A stretch of 64,000 nucleotides of DNA from Octopus vulgaris (lineage: Eukaryota). The translations under genes were made by a program, and so were the position numbers. The number at the start of each line of letters is the position of its first letter. The stretch's first letter is position 1. Location: NCBI GenBank assembly GCA_951406725.2, contig OX597815.1, positions 165,354,001 to 165,418,000 on the forward strand. Direction: 5' to 3'. Under the pieces are notes generated by a model, which was not told the origin of the DNA, made no database searches, and was given only the letters and a program-made list of their open reading frames with translations. Shown here piece by piece: positions 1 through 12,772 of this stretch.

Positions 1-71
1 CTTATCTATAATATTAATCATAAAAAACTATGTACACACAGACACAGACACACACACACGTGTGTGTGTGT

Positions 72-120
<49 letters not shown>

Positions 121-122
<2 letters not shown>

Positions 123-525
123 GGCGCAGGAGTGGCTGTGTGGTAAGTAGCTTGCTTACCAACCACATGGTTCTGGGTTCAGTCCCACTGCGTAGCACCT
201 TGAGCAAGTGTCTTCTACTATAGTCTCGGGCCGACCAAAGCCTTGTGAGTGGATTTGGTAGACGGAAACTGAAAGAAGCCTGTCGTATATATGTATATAT
301 ATATATATGTGTGTGTGTGTATGTGTTTGTCCCCCTAGCATTGCTTGACAACCGATGCTGGTGTGTTTACGTCCCCGTCACTTAGCGGTTCGGCAAAAGA
401 GACCGATAGAATAAGTACTAGGCTTACAAAGAATAAGTCCCGGGGTCGATTTGCTCAGCTAAAGGCGGTGCTCCAGCATGGCCGCAGTCAAATGACTGAA
501 ACAAGTAAAAGAGAGTAAAAGAGAG
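121..525 (+). mobile_element. tRNA-derived SINE, family A, full-length copy
   Basis: Pol III A-box-like TGGCTGTGTGG and B-box-like GGTTCAGTCCC, CORE-like CCTTGAGCAAGTG, internal (TA)/(TG) tract and GTAAAAGAGA repeat tail. Near-identical copy at 54023-54432. Confidence 0.85.
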
Positions 526-612
526 GCCTACAAATAATAAATCGCGCGTTCAATTCGTTCGCCTAAAGGCGGCGCGCCAGTATGGCCGTAGTCAAATGAC
601 TGAAACAAATAA

Positions 613-654
<42 letters not shown>

Positions 655-897
655 GTAAAAATCCAAAGATAAGTTAACGCATGAAAAGGGTTTTCGCAAA
701 ATAGTTTTACTGAAAATATATTAGTGTATGATGCGGTCATAAGAAATTTTGTATTAGAAAAAGAAAAAAAATAACAACATAATTATCTCACCAGCATCCG
801 ATTTTCACTTTTATTCTACTTATGAAACTTCTAAGTGATTCTTTCGTTATATATATAAAACAAAATATTTATTTCTCAGGCAATTTAAATTTTAAGT

Positions 898-929
<32 letters not shown>

Positions 930-1030
930 CTCTCTCTCTCTCTCTCTCTTTCTATCTGTCTCTCTCTCTTTATATATATATATACATATACATATAAACA
1001 CATGCATACATACATACATACATACATACA

Positions 1031-1105
<75 letters not shown>

Positions 1106-1194
1106 TATAAGTTCAATAGTTGTGCAATCAATAAAAGAAGTAGTCCATCTAGTGAGAAATAAATATCAATTTAATATACAGCCGAAAGAGCTAC

Positions 1195-1490
1195 TAATAG
1201 TTTCATGCTTTTATGATACTTGAACAAGCATATGTATAATATGCGCCATGTATCTCCAAGCAACCCTTCAGGTTCTGCTTATGCGTTATATATATTTAAA
1301 AATGAAACAACGACGTTGGACAATGAAAAATAGGAAAAAACGTGGGAAAACGCGATGAAGGTTAGTGCAAAAAATTGGAACGAAAAGAGACTCGAAATCA
1401 GGAAAACTAACATCCTCGTCCTTCCAGATTGCAGAAAGCACATTAAATATAACTGGTATAGAAGAAAATAGCGATAAAATACATTTATAG
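1195..1490 (-). mobile_element. PLE 3' tail / pseudo-LTR relic
   Basis: Collinear similarity to 35598-35890, which directly follows a GIY-YIG C-terminal fragment. Confidence 0.5.
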
Positions 1491-2391
1491 TCAACACATC
1501 ACACGCAAAGTGTTATTCACTTTTTGCAACTGAGTGGGCTGAAGTCATATGAAATGAAGTATTTTACTCCAATAATACAAAGCGCTGCTCGGCCTGGGAA
1601 TCGAACTTACGCCTTAATGTCTGGCAACATGAATTCGCGTGTTAACTAATTAATAAAAAGAATCATTAGATAATGTAGCTGAGAGGTTTATTTTTGTCTG
1701 AGTCACAAAGGTAATGTAGTACCCATGATTCGTTTACAGGGCCCTCATTGGATAGTGGTGGGAAGTTTTACGCAGACTGGAAACCCAGAACAACATACTG
1801 AACAAAACAAAAGAAACCCAGGTGCCAGATGAGGGTATAAGCCGGATGACGAATTATGTTTGCAATTTCAGACTAGATAAAAACACTTAGAACCTCTTTC
1901 ATTACACATTTTCTCTATTAAGTCTGATCTAGGACCAAACGCATTATAACGATATCAAAATCTGAATCTGAAATGCACAAGCGCAAAATTAAAAAGGAAG
2001 AAAAAAATGAATAAAAGCATCAGACTGTCAAATAGTTCTGAAAATTTCTTATTGGAGCTGATATCCTTATCGTTATATGTGCATATACCATGTGTGTCTG
2101 TGTATAGTGTACTTGAATATATTCATTGCTTTAAAAGCTGCATCAACTCATATATGCTCGCATAGATAGAGACACACGCGCGTGACACTCGTATTGGTGT
2201 GTTCATAGATAGATAAAAATTCTTCCTATCTCTCTAACGCTCTTCCTCCACAAATACTTAAGAGAAAGACATTATTTTTATTAATACATTTTAACATTAG
2301 TTATATTATACGAATAATAAGCAGTACTTTGTATTTGAATGACATCCTATGCATATTAACATGTTCACAAATTTATGTTCATATTAACTTT

Positions 2392-2662
2392 TACCTTTTA
2401 CTTGCTTCAGTCATAGGACTGAGGCCATGCTGCGGCATCACCTTGAAGGGTTTAGTTCGAGTACTTAATTTTTAAGTCTGGTACTTATTTTCTGTTCCAT
2501 TTTCTAAGTTATGAATCTGTAGACACACAAACGCCTAAACATAAATACAAACAACCACACATACACGGTGTTATAGAAGACACTTGCCCAAAGTGTAGTT
2601 CAGTGGGACTGAACCCGAAACTACATGGTTACGAAGCGGGCTTCTGAGCCACAGAGCCCTGC
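2392..2662 (-). mobile_element. degenerate SINE family A copy
   Basis: Reverse complement matches the head (GGTTCAGTCCCACTG...TTGGGCAAGTGTCTTC) and tail (CAGCATGGCCTCAGTCCTATGACTGAAGCAAG) of 121-525. Confidence 0.7.
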
Positions 2663-3699
2663 CTCTAGTTTCTCTATGCTGCTTTTCGCATCAAGTATGT
2701 GCTCTCATGGAAGAGCTAAATTAAACATTTTTTTGACATTGGTTTTTCAAACGTTAAATTATAAATATATTTCTGAGTATAATTTTCTTGCATTAACTAA
2801 CAAGTATAGAATCGGAGAGTTTTTCAAAGAAGATCAAGTTTATTAGAAAACCAATTGAATAATTTATTTCATGAAATCTATTGTTTATAATAAATAACAA
2901 TACTAAACAGTTTGCTTTTCTTGAAAACGTTTTTATTTTATTTCATATGACGTTAAAAAATTAATTTAATTTCATTTTGATTTAAAGTATTTTTCTTATA
3001 TATTATTTGAATTTTAAAATGTTTCTTGTTATGCTTGCTTTTCAGCTTGTATCATGTTCCTGAATTGTTAATGGTTAAAAATTATAATTTATCGACATTA
3101 CTTCGTATATTTTCTCATGACTAAGGTAACTTACAATGGCTTTTTAACTATTCGTATCAATTAAATTAGTGAATTATAAATATATAAGTATTCCATAAAA
3201 ATACCAGTTTTTACATCTATACAAAAAGCAGTATTGAAAATTTCAGTATTTTTCCATCACACACTCCGTCCCCCTTTCTCTTTTACTCTTTCTTTTCTTC
3301 TTACTCCCTTCCCTTCTCTATCTCTTTGGCATTGTGTGTGAGTGTATGTGTACCTGTGTTTATGTGTGTATATGTCGTGGTTGCGTGTGTGAATGGTGTT
3401 ACTTTCTTAAGAAAATTTGAATCATGCAGCGATTATTGTAGAGCTTGAAATGAAGTTGAATGCTGCAGAAAACAGGTTTTGGTTGGATTTTGGAATAAAA
3501 TTTATTCAGATTGACCTGTTCAAAAGCATTATCAAGATCATATCGTAAACTTCTATAATGCTGTTTGTGATTTTAAAGGCCATTCAAGTTTATTTTTTAA
3601 AATAGTTGAGGCTGAAACTATGACGTGAATAGAATATCCAAGTAGGAAGACTCTGTAAAAAAAGAAAGACAACCCCCACACAAAAAAAACACAAAACAA

Positions 3700-4070
3700 A
3701 AACAAACAATAATTGTTGGGTGAAAAAGTCAAGGATGTAGGGTTAGAGAAAGAAACTATTATCCAGCAAATAGAAGAAACATTTGTTGACGTCTTTAAAG
3801 GTTTAAAACTAAAAGAGAAGCCAAACTTAAATAGAGATGAACTTTTCGATGAAATAGCATTGATAAAAAACAACTATGAAATAATAAAAAATACCCCACC
3901 TTTTACGAGACGCATAGAAGCAAATGACCTATAATTTAAAAAAAATAGTGCCATTAAATGTGGAAATGTTTTCAAAACAGATTCGTGTTTTCAATTCCTT
4001 GGAACTTCATCACACCGCGAACGGGTTTTAATGTAATAAATTCAAAACAGAGAAATGAAAGGAACAGATG
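3700..4070 (+). pseudogene. degenerate hAT transposase C-terminal fragment
   Basis: ORF 3713-3934 (LNRDELFDEIALIK) is followed by a frameshifted FVFSIP-GTSSHRERV...KQRNERN, which resembles the hAT dimerisation domain (SIPxTSAxxERxFS). Confidence 0.5.
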
Positions 4071-4122
4071 CCCGATAGAATTGATAAAGTAGAAACTTTT
4101 TGAGACGTTTTATCTTGTGAAA

Positions 4123-4510
4123 TCTCTCTCTATATAAAGCTGAAGTTGTCTGTGTATGGCAAGTTTGGTAGCCTTCAACTAACACTATCTCCTCCGAGAC
4201 GGCGCAAATTGACCAAAATTGAGAGTATGATAAAAGAAGGCTTGCTCTTCCTTCCGTAAAACAAAAAATTCAAATTGGACCATGTTAACACCAAAAATTA
4301 ACTACGTCAAAAAGGTGCTTTTTTTTTCTATGAAAATCCCTACTTTTACGATTTTTTAGCTGCTGTGTCGCCATTTTTCGGTGTATTTCAACCAGAAAAA
4401 TGTTCACCTAAAGAGAATAACAAGCTACATAATGCAAAATTTTTACTTTTCAAAAATTCCAATTCCGAAGGGTCGAAACAAACCCGAGCAACGCTGGAGG
4501 ATACTGCTGG
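4123..4510 (+). mobile_element. non-autonomous Helitron
   Basis: Starts A|TCTCTCTCTATATAAA, has a degenerate 3' hairpin region CCCGAGCAACGCTGG and ends CTGG|T (CTRR, inserted between A and T). Termini shared with 49448-49828. Confidence 0.7.
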
Positions 4511-4689
4511 TAATTGTTAAAGTTGTTTTCGAAAAATAAAGATATATTAATGTATCTATTCAATCTAGATACGTTTTGGTAGATTCGAACGTGAATATCT
4601 GGTCATTCTTATTACTTGTTATTGGAGGACTTCTCCTCCCTTAAAGCCATGGGTGTTCTTAACATACGCGATTCACCGGTGTAAGAGGA

Positions 4690-4745
4690 CTTCAATACAC
4701 CGCAATGTTTCGACATCGTTGTAGTCTTTTCAGTGGGAGCTACCT
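4690..4745 (-). ncRNA. degenerate hammerhead-like motif (probable PLE relic)
   Basis: Minus strand reads CTGAAAA-GAC-tacaacgat-GTC-GAAAC; one core substitution relative to CUGANGA. Confidence 0.3.
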
Positions 4746-5619
4746 CGGAGTGATGAGTGATCAGAAGAGGACAAACTCTTTTTTATAGGAATCGGCAAAC
4801 ATTATTTGCTGAGGCATACAGATGACTGTCAAAAATTAAACAAGTCATGGGATGAATGCAGATAATACGTTTTGGTAGATTCGAACGTGAATATCCGATG
4901 TTTCCCGACCGCGTGAATAACAACAGCATTCTGTTTTGCATGATGATTTTGAAGATTCTTTAAGAATCTTACCTTTCTGCGAGTATTCGATCCTGTTAGG
5001 CGATGCTGTAATTCAGCTATCGTTCTACAATAACCATAAGTACCAGGAAAGATCTTCTTGCTCATTGCAAATTAGTGCTTTGACCAGCATTCCAGCCGTG
5101 ACCACTTTGTCTTCTCTCCTACCATATTAAATCCCGTAAATGTTTATCTTGGATAACCAATTTGAAGGTGATCGAGTAACATTCAGGATTATTTGGCTAC
5201 TATTCCCTGCAAGTCATGAGTGCGCATAAATGCCTCTTCTCTGTTCTTTATTGGCTTCGTAATATTTGTGGCATTAATGTGAAATGCAGGAGTCTCCTTG
5301 CTTGCAAAATGAATGCAGGAGATTGGCTAATAGTTGACCTTTGGACTGTGGATCCTTTGGACTGTGGATCCTTTGGACTGGAGGAATCCTTCATATTCCT
5401 CATATGGCTAGATCAACACAGCAGCAATATATAGGTCCAGCGCTTTTTTGAATTTCTAAATAAATGTTTTTGCATTTACATATACATGTAATTCAGTATA
5501 TAGCTGTCATAATGCAAATGTTCAAGTCTTGCTACAAAATAAATGAACTTTCAAACAGCTCATAATATTCAAAACAGCTACATATATGATATTGCATGCC
5601 ATCATACATACACTATCGC

Positions 5620-6168
5620 AGTGGTTCTCAACCAGTGTGCTGTGAAATTCCATCTGGTGTGCCACTGCATTGATGAAAATGGAGGTGTGCTTAACTCATA
5701 TACATCCAAACGTTGAAGCAACAACAACAAATTAGCAACCAGAGGATTCCCGTTAATCAGCATGCCTAGTTGAATACAACCATAAAGTAAGTTCATAACT
5801 GTTATTTCACAATCAGTAGTTTTATGCCGTAATAACACATACAATTGTTCATTTGTATGATAATCCTTAATTTTAAATATCAAGTGTGTCGCGATATTTT
5901 CATTTGCTCCTAGGTGTGCCTCTGGTAAAAAAAAAGTTGGTTGAGCACTACTGCATTATATATGGAATATATGGATTTAAGCCAATGTTCCGCAGCCCCT
6001 TTTACCTTGCGGTACATTGATACTCTTTTCAAAATTCGGCGGCACGCCTGGACTAAAAATATAACTAAAAGTATAGGGGGGAAAATTATATTTAGATTAC
6101 ACTGCAGCACACCTAGCACCGTCTCGTGGCACACCAATGTGCCGTGGCATACCGGTTGTGGAGCACTG
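5620..6168. mobile_element. degenerate hAT (Charlie-like) MITE remnants, probably two adjacent
   Basis: CAGTGGTTCTCAACC start; GGTTGAGCACTACTG and GGTTGTGGAGCACTG ends; repeated GTGTGCC/GGCACAC subterminal motifs. Confidence 0.5.
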
Positions 6169-6329
6169 GTCTAATCGTAAATAGTAATCAGTAAAAATAA
6201 ACCCATTTCTGGTGAGTTAGCATTTATAACAAATTTAGATTTACTTATTTTAGTGTAACTGAGAAGTGCATAGGGGCATTAGATCTTGTGATTTTATGAC
6301 GTCGGTCGACTGAAACTTCTTAACATGTA

Positions 6330-6545
6330 CGAGGGGTGCTGAAAATGTCCTGGCTTTGGTTAAGAGAAAATACAGGACGATCAGTTAATTATGATTTTAT
6401 TCCGCATGTTCCGCTCTCAAGTTCACACTCTTATTGCAGCAGTCCTTCAGTTTTTCTAAGGCCTGTAAAAGAACTCGGAAGGTTGGACCTCCGACCAGGA
6501 CTTTCGCGATACCCTTAAAACCAGGAACTTTTCAGCACCCGCTCG
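6330..6545. mobile_element. mariner-type MITE with TA target duplication
   Basis: TA|CGAGGGGTGCTGAAAA ... TTTTCAGCACCCGCTCG|TA terminal inverted repeats. Partial inverted copy at 49829-49962. Confidence 0.75.
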
Positions 6546-6983
6546 TATCGTATCATTGTTTTGTATCGCTTTCTAGTTGTATTTCTCTCATTTTTGTAAA
6601 TTATTTGCATCTTATTTTAAAAAAGAAATGAAGTGTATTGCTGAGTGAGGCATAGAGAATGAAAAGAACTGTAGAGAATAAAAAGATTGATTGGCTTGTT
6701 TAACTATTACTGCAGCAACAGCTGCTCTTAATGTAGATACGGCATCAACACTTCCACTCCTGCGAACGCTTTATATTTGACACCTCAGTTTCAGATAGAC
6801 AAGCTTCCACTAAAATATTTAGAGAAATACGCGAATCCGCATTGGTAACTAAGGATATTGTGATTTACGATCAGAACTGAGACTGTGGATTACAAAAGGT
6901 AATATTATACGAGGTTCCCAGCGGGCTGAAAAATAAAATTCTAAAGTCACGTTTGCGACTTTCCGAATTCTTGCCGTGAATAT

Positions 6984-7360
6984 TTGTTTTGTTTTTGTGG
7001 CACTCCGTCGGTTACGATGACGAGTGTTCCAGTTGATTCGAGCAACGGAACAGCCTGCTCGTGAAATTAACGTGGACGTGGCTGAGCACTCCACGGACTC
7101 GTGTACCCTTAGCGTGACACAGATCGTGACAAGGCTGGCCCTTTGAAATACATGTACAACAGAAACAGGAAGAAAGAGTGAGAGAAAGTTGAGGTGAAAG
7201 AGTACAGCAGGGTTCACCACCACCCTCTGCCGGAGCCTCGTAGAGCTTTAGGCGTTTTCGCTCAATAAACACTCACAATGCCCGGTCTGGGAATCGAAAC
7301 CGCGATCCTAAGAGCGCGAGTTTCCTGCCCTTACCACTGGGTCATCGCGCCTCCACTGCA
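6984..7360 (-). mobile_element. tRNA-derived SINE, family C, full length
   Basis: Minus strand has A-box-like TGACCCAGTGG, B-box GGTTTCGATTCCC and a (CAAAA)n tail. Flanked by an 8-bp direct repeat GTGAATAT (6976-6983, 7361-7368). Confidence 0.85.
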
Positions 7361-8111
7361 GTGAATATGGTGAACGGGAAAACGCACACACACACACACA
7401 CATACATACACACACACACGCGCGCACGCACACATGCACCTCCCATATATACTCACGAACGCACAAAACCACACGCGCACGCGCAATTTAAGTATCGCAA
7501 TACTTATACGTAATCCGTGGAACAGTAAATTTATAAAATGCAAATGACTGCTTTATACACCACCCAAAGAATGATTTTATTGCTTTGCATGATGTCCATT
7601 GTCCAATAAAGAATGTTATTTTGCAACATCAGATTCAATACTCGGAAATACAGCAAAGTCCTTGTAGACCGTAACAATGGTGAACATCGATGGAAAGAGG
7701 GAATCAATTATATCCACGGGCAAACATTTCTGAAGAATTTATTGAAATAATTGAACAAACGGTATTTTGTACAATTTTTGGCAGAATTCAAAGAGTCAAG
7801 GTATTCGCCAGTAGGTGTCGATTCTACGCTGGTCTGATATATTGATCAACTGAGATTTATTGTCTGATATATTCATGGAAGTGACCCCGTGATACATTTT
7901 CTCAAACCCCACCCACCTTTCCACTATATTTTTCATGGGTGAAGAATTTTGCAGACATGATTATTGAGTTCTAAGAAATCAATATCAATACTTCGATATC
8001 AAATTGCCGCGGTCACTCTTATCATTACGCCCTAACTATGTCAGGCCGCTACTCTGGATTGCAAGCATGTCTCAATGGTCTTAGTACATACACACGTACA
8101 AATATATCTAC

Positions 8112-8183
<72 letters not shown>

Positions 8184-8286
8184 TAACAATTGAGGATAAA
8201 ATCTTTAAAAGAAATTATCAGTAGTCAGCGTGAAAAACCTCGTAAGAGAAAAATCCGTAAATTCTTCCTCTTTGAAAATATTCATT

Positions 8287-8414
8287 TATATTATATTGAG
8301 GGTACTACTATTCGTAGATACCAACAAATTTTGTTTATTTTTAGTAGTTTTGACCGCATTGGTCCCTCTTAGCGTGTTGGTATCTACGAATAGTAGTACC
8401 CTCAATATAATATA
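8287..8414. repeat. perfect 40-bp inverted repeat (48-nt spacer) ending an insert in (TA)n
   Basis: 8287-8326 is the exact reverse complement of 8375-8414. Confidence 0.9.
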
Positions 8415-8449
8415 TATATAACAAAGTTATTTTATTCCACATGGTTAGA

Positions 8450-9780
8450 AATATAGGAAAAATAGAAGTTGAAAATGCACTGAGAACAGTTTATATATTT
8501 TTTATTATTATATTTAAAAATTTAACCGGTTTCGCAGTTTACACTGATTTTCAAAAAGTTCAAACAGAAAGACGTGGCTTATGTCGCAGCTATTTTGCTT
8601 CTGACTAGCGTTTGAAGCTTGCTCTATTTTTATAGGGAGTTCATGACTCAAATTAGTATGTTTTGAATAGGGTTTGATTGGTAGAGAATAGTCACATGAC
8701 TGGTCTTAGAAATGTTTGTAGGTTCCCTGCTACGTCCGTGTATTAGTATCAGGTGACAATTTTTAGCGTCGTAAGTTAAGGCTGATACGGTTGACTGAAC
8801 AAGTCGAGTGCAACTACCAAACAAGAAATGATCTGAAAATTTTCTGTCAAGTATTTGTAGAGAATGAACACTTGATTAAGTTTAGAACCTTCTGTATGTT
8901 TCCCGCTACGTCCGTGTGTTAGTGTCCGTGTGTTATTTAGCGCCTAAAATGGAGTTCCGTAAGGTAATTTAGCACTTGTGAAGATTTTTTTGAGAGACTT
9001 TGATTGTCTTTAACTTTTGATTATTGTGTGTATTTCGGGTGCTTGTTTCATTTGGGTCTTGTCTTCGTAGTGGGATGTTCTGGTGGATAATATTGTAAAC
9101 CTCAGTATTTCCTGGGTTGTGTATTGTAATAAAGGGTAGATTATTGGATTATCTGGATCGCTTCTCGTAGTTCTTGGATATTTATTGCTTTGGCACGTTC
9201 TATTCCGTTGTCGATTAATTTTAATGGATATTGTCTTTTAAGTAGTGCTTGTTATAGTTACTGGAGTCTTTTATTACGAGTTTCAGGGTTTGAGACAACT
9301 CAAGGTTAAAAAAACAAAGAATGTGACTGTTTAACCCATTTTGATTGCAAGACTAGCTACTTCTAAGGTCTCCCCAAAATCCATAAAAATCAATCTATTA
9401 CGAATGCATGTAAAGAACTACCTTCAAATTGTATAAACATACAATATCCCAGCGATCTTAAATTTAGACCAATCGTAGTAGGCCCGAACTGTGAAACACA
9501 TAGACTCAGCAACTTTTTAGATATATTACTGAAACCTATATTAAAATATATACCAAGTCTTGTAAGGGACGATCTGGATCTGTCAAACTACCTCCCAAAG
9601 TCTATAAACAATGGTACCACTATTGTATCTTTTCATGTGGTAAACCTCTAAACCACAATCCCACGTCTATCTATTTCAAATTTTTGAAAATCAGTGTAAA
9701 CTGTGAAACCGGTTAAATCTTTAAATATAGTAATAGAAAATATATTAACTATTCTCAGAGCATTTCAACGATTTTTCATA
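8450..9780. mobile_element. rearranged PLE with inverted pseudo-LTR ends
   Basis: Plus strand ~9340-9665 encodes PLE RT N-terminal motifs (PKIHK...KFRPIVVGPNCETHRLSNFLDILLKP). Minus strand 9300-8960 encodes a thumb-like region (LLKRQYPLKLIDNGIERAKAI...LPFITIHNP). 8452-8560 and 9678-9782 are inverted copies carrying a hammerhead-like GAAACCGGTTA motif. Confidence 0.7.
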
Positions 9781-10379
9781 TATATATATATATCAAAACA
9801 AAAATTTAAATGTTGGACATTGATTTACTAAAGGTTTCGTATCCATAAAGCCAAAGCCTTGTGAACAGCCCGTCAGACACTATACAAAGACAAAAAGTGA
9901 AACTTTCTAGGTTGCGGACGTGAGATAATGCTGAGAAATCGAGATAAAAACGTTATTATGGACGGGTTGTCTTCCCTGAACCAAGGGATAAAACAACCCT
10001 TATAGACCCGAAAAAGACTAACCAGCCATCGGGGAGATCCAATTTCCAGTAGGTAGCGCTTGAAGTGGACACATTCAGAAAAAAACTTCATTAGACATCG
10101 ATAGAGTGATCAGCCCCTCACCATATGTTACCACCAGTACAATTACCGCATCTAGAGATGATGAGCAATCCTGAACCAGCGGTACAGAGGAGGTATCCGG
10201 CGTTCCCAGTACCACCACCACAGATGTTGACGAAACAATTATCATCGACACTGATGGGATGACTAGAACTAACGCACTAACGCCGGCAGCTACATCACCA
10301 ACCATATGACCAGTAGTGATAACCACGGTGATAACACAGCCGGATCATTGGCCTTATCGACTGCCCAGGCCCGGACCTA

Positions 10380-10825
10380 TCAGAGATATACCAGAGTGCG
10401 AATATAGGCACCCCACCCATGTTTGTAAATATATCGGATCAGGCAGTGCATCTTTCAAACGTTGCTTCCGCAACCACCAGTCATACTTCAGAGTCTCAGA
10501 AATACGATTTGTCACGTCCCTGACCCACCATGTGGAGCTAAACAACAGTAACAATCATACCTTCAAGGACAGCCACATTATGTTGGCAAATAGCCTTTAC
10601 TTTAAAGAACTGTTACTGAATATATCTCTTTGAGAGATTTGGAAATAATAATGTTTCTATTTTCTCTGTTTCTTTCTGTGTTCCTTTCTGTTGAAGTGCG
10701 TAGGCTCGAAATGTAAACGACTTTATCACTTCCCGAGCGTTAAACTAATACATCTGTTTGTTGTTTACACACCCGTCTTCATCTTTTGTTTTATTTATTT
10801 TTTTTGTAAAATCCAACTCTCTCTG
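10380..10825 (+). mobile_element. PLE 3' relic: GIY-YIG fragment plus pseudo-LTR
   Basis: KYIGSGSASFKRCFRNHQSYFR...TSLTHHV resembles the Neptune-type GIY-YIG (YIG...FKxRxxNHxxSF...TSL). The following 10665-10800 matches the reverse complement of 55380-55500 and contains a hammerhead-like motif at 10685-10715. Confidence 0.6.
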
Positions 10826-11127
10826 TCTCTGTGTGTATATATATATATATATACAAACAAACATATATATATGTACATGTATATAGTTGTACACGCATAC
10901 ACACTCACACCCCAAAACACACATACACTCACATACATATATACATACACATTACTTGAGCAGAGAGCAATAGAATAGGATTTGTTCTTAAAACGTAAAG
11001 GTCAAACTCAAAATATAAAGATAGATGCAAACGTGTAAGAAAGCGAACTGCATGTCTTGTAATGTATGACAAGCCAGCAGAACAGACACTTTTTGAAAAC
11101 TGAAAAAGTCAAGGCGGAAAAATACTT

Positions 11128-11470
<343 letters not shown>

Positions 11471-11471
11471 A

Positions 11472-11563
<92 letters not shown>

Positions 11564-11566
<3 letters not shown>

Positions 11567-11776
11567 TAGTTTTATTTTTATAACGTGCTTTCACTTCACT
11601 ACCGAGCGCAGCTCTGTGCGCCTTGGGTATGTGCTGTGGTTTGTTGTGATGCTCTGATGGTTACTGTATTGAAAGTGTTCTGCGTAGGATGTGTGCAGTG
11701 CCTAGTAGTGCAATTTTCTGTATGTTATATGTGTTTGTAAGTCCTGGTGTTTTTGTTATGAATTTGTTTGAATATT
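11564..11776 (-). mobile_element. 5'-truncated R4/Dong-like element, second family
   Basis: Encodes KYSNKFITKTPGLTNTYNIQKIALLGTAHILRRTLSIQ*, homologous to the C-terminus of the long element. It has its own 3' UTR and ends in (AAT)n. Confidence 0.85.
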
Positions 11777-12015
11777 TTATTATTATTATTATTCTATGTT
11801 TGACTTTTGCTTTATATTTGTACAAGTTGGCTCCAAGTCTCACCCAGAGACCTCAAGAGACAACAGGGTTGGAAGTTCATGTTGTTGTTATGCCTAGTGT
11901 GCCATATATTTGGGGGGTGGGGATGTTGTACTAATGAATGTCTAAAAAGAAAAAAAAAAGGTTTTTTTTTTTTTTTTTTTTAAACCGAAAATTATGTTTG
12001 TTTTAAACCTTGAGA

Positions 12016-12772
12016 TTACATAGAGAGTATTTTGCGTAGGATATGAGCAGTTCCCATGAGCACTATCTTTTGAACTTCTGCCATTTTTGGGTTTCCTGGT
12101 ATCTGAGTTAGGTAGCTATCAGCCCCTTTTGCTATCATTCCCAGGGCACCTATGACAACAGGTATTGTTTTAGTCTTCAGCTTCCACATTTTGCTGATTT
12201 CTATTTCAAGATCTTTATATTTGCTCAGTTTTTGGTAGGTCTTGACAGATACGTTTATATCGATTGGGACAGTCATATCAATGAGGAGGCATGTTCTTTG
12301 TTTGAAGTTTTTCAATATGATGTCTGGCCTATTTGCATCTATCTTCCTGTCAGTTTGAATGGTGAAGTTCCAGAGGAGTGAGATGTGGTCATTTTCAAGC
12401 ACTGGGGGTGGTTTGTGTTCCCACCAGTTTTTTTCATGGGGCAAATCCAGGTTTTTACAGATTACCCAGTGAATATATTGTGCAGCTCTATCGTGCCTGT
12501 TGAGATACTCTGTAGGCGCTAGAAGACTGCACTTGGAGACCACATGGTCAATGGTTTCATTTTGTTGCTTGCATACACGACACGTTGGACTGCTTCTGAT
12601 CTTTAATATGTTGGCCTGGTAGTTTCTTGTTGGTAGGCATTGATCTTGAGCTGCTATGATAAACCCCTCTGTTTCAGATTTTAAGCCAGAGGCCATTAGC
12701 CATTGATGGGTCAGGGCTTTGTCGATATCTGCATTATTCGCTCTCTTTGGGTATTTGCCATAGAGAGGTTTT
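12016..12772 (-). CDS. R4/Dong ORF, C-terminal part: CCHC knuckle and restriction-like endonuclease (after 1-nt frameshift)
   Basis: CRVC...ETIDHVVSKC, RHD, NRPDII...LIDMTVP...KLSKYKDL. Joins the upstream frame as NNKWQEKPLYGKYP if one A is restored at 12769-12772. Confidence 0.9.

Noticed and set aside
121-200. tRNA genes at SINE heads (also 7290-7357, 46679-46750, 47537-47625)
   Set aside because: A/B boxes are present, but they continue into multi-copy SINE bodies and no complete cloverleaf was seen.
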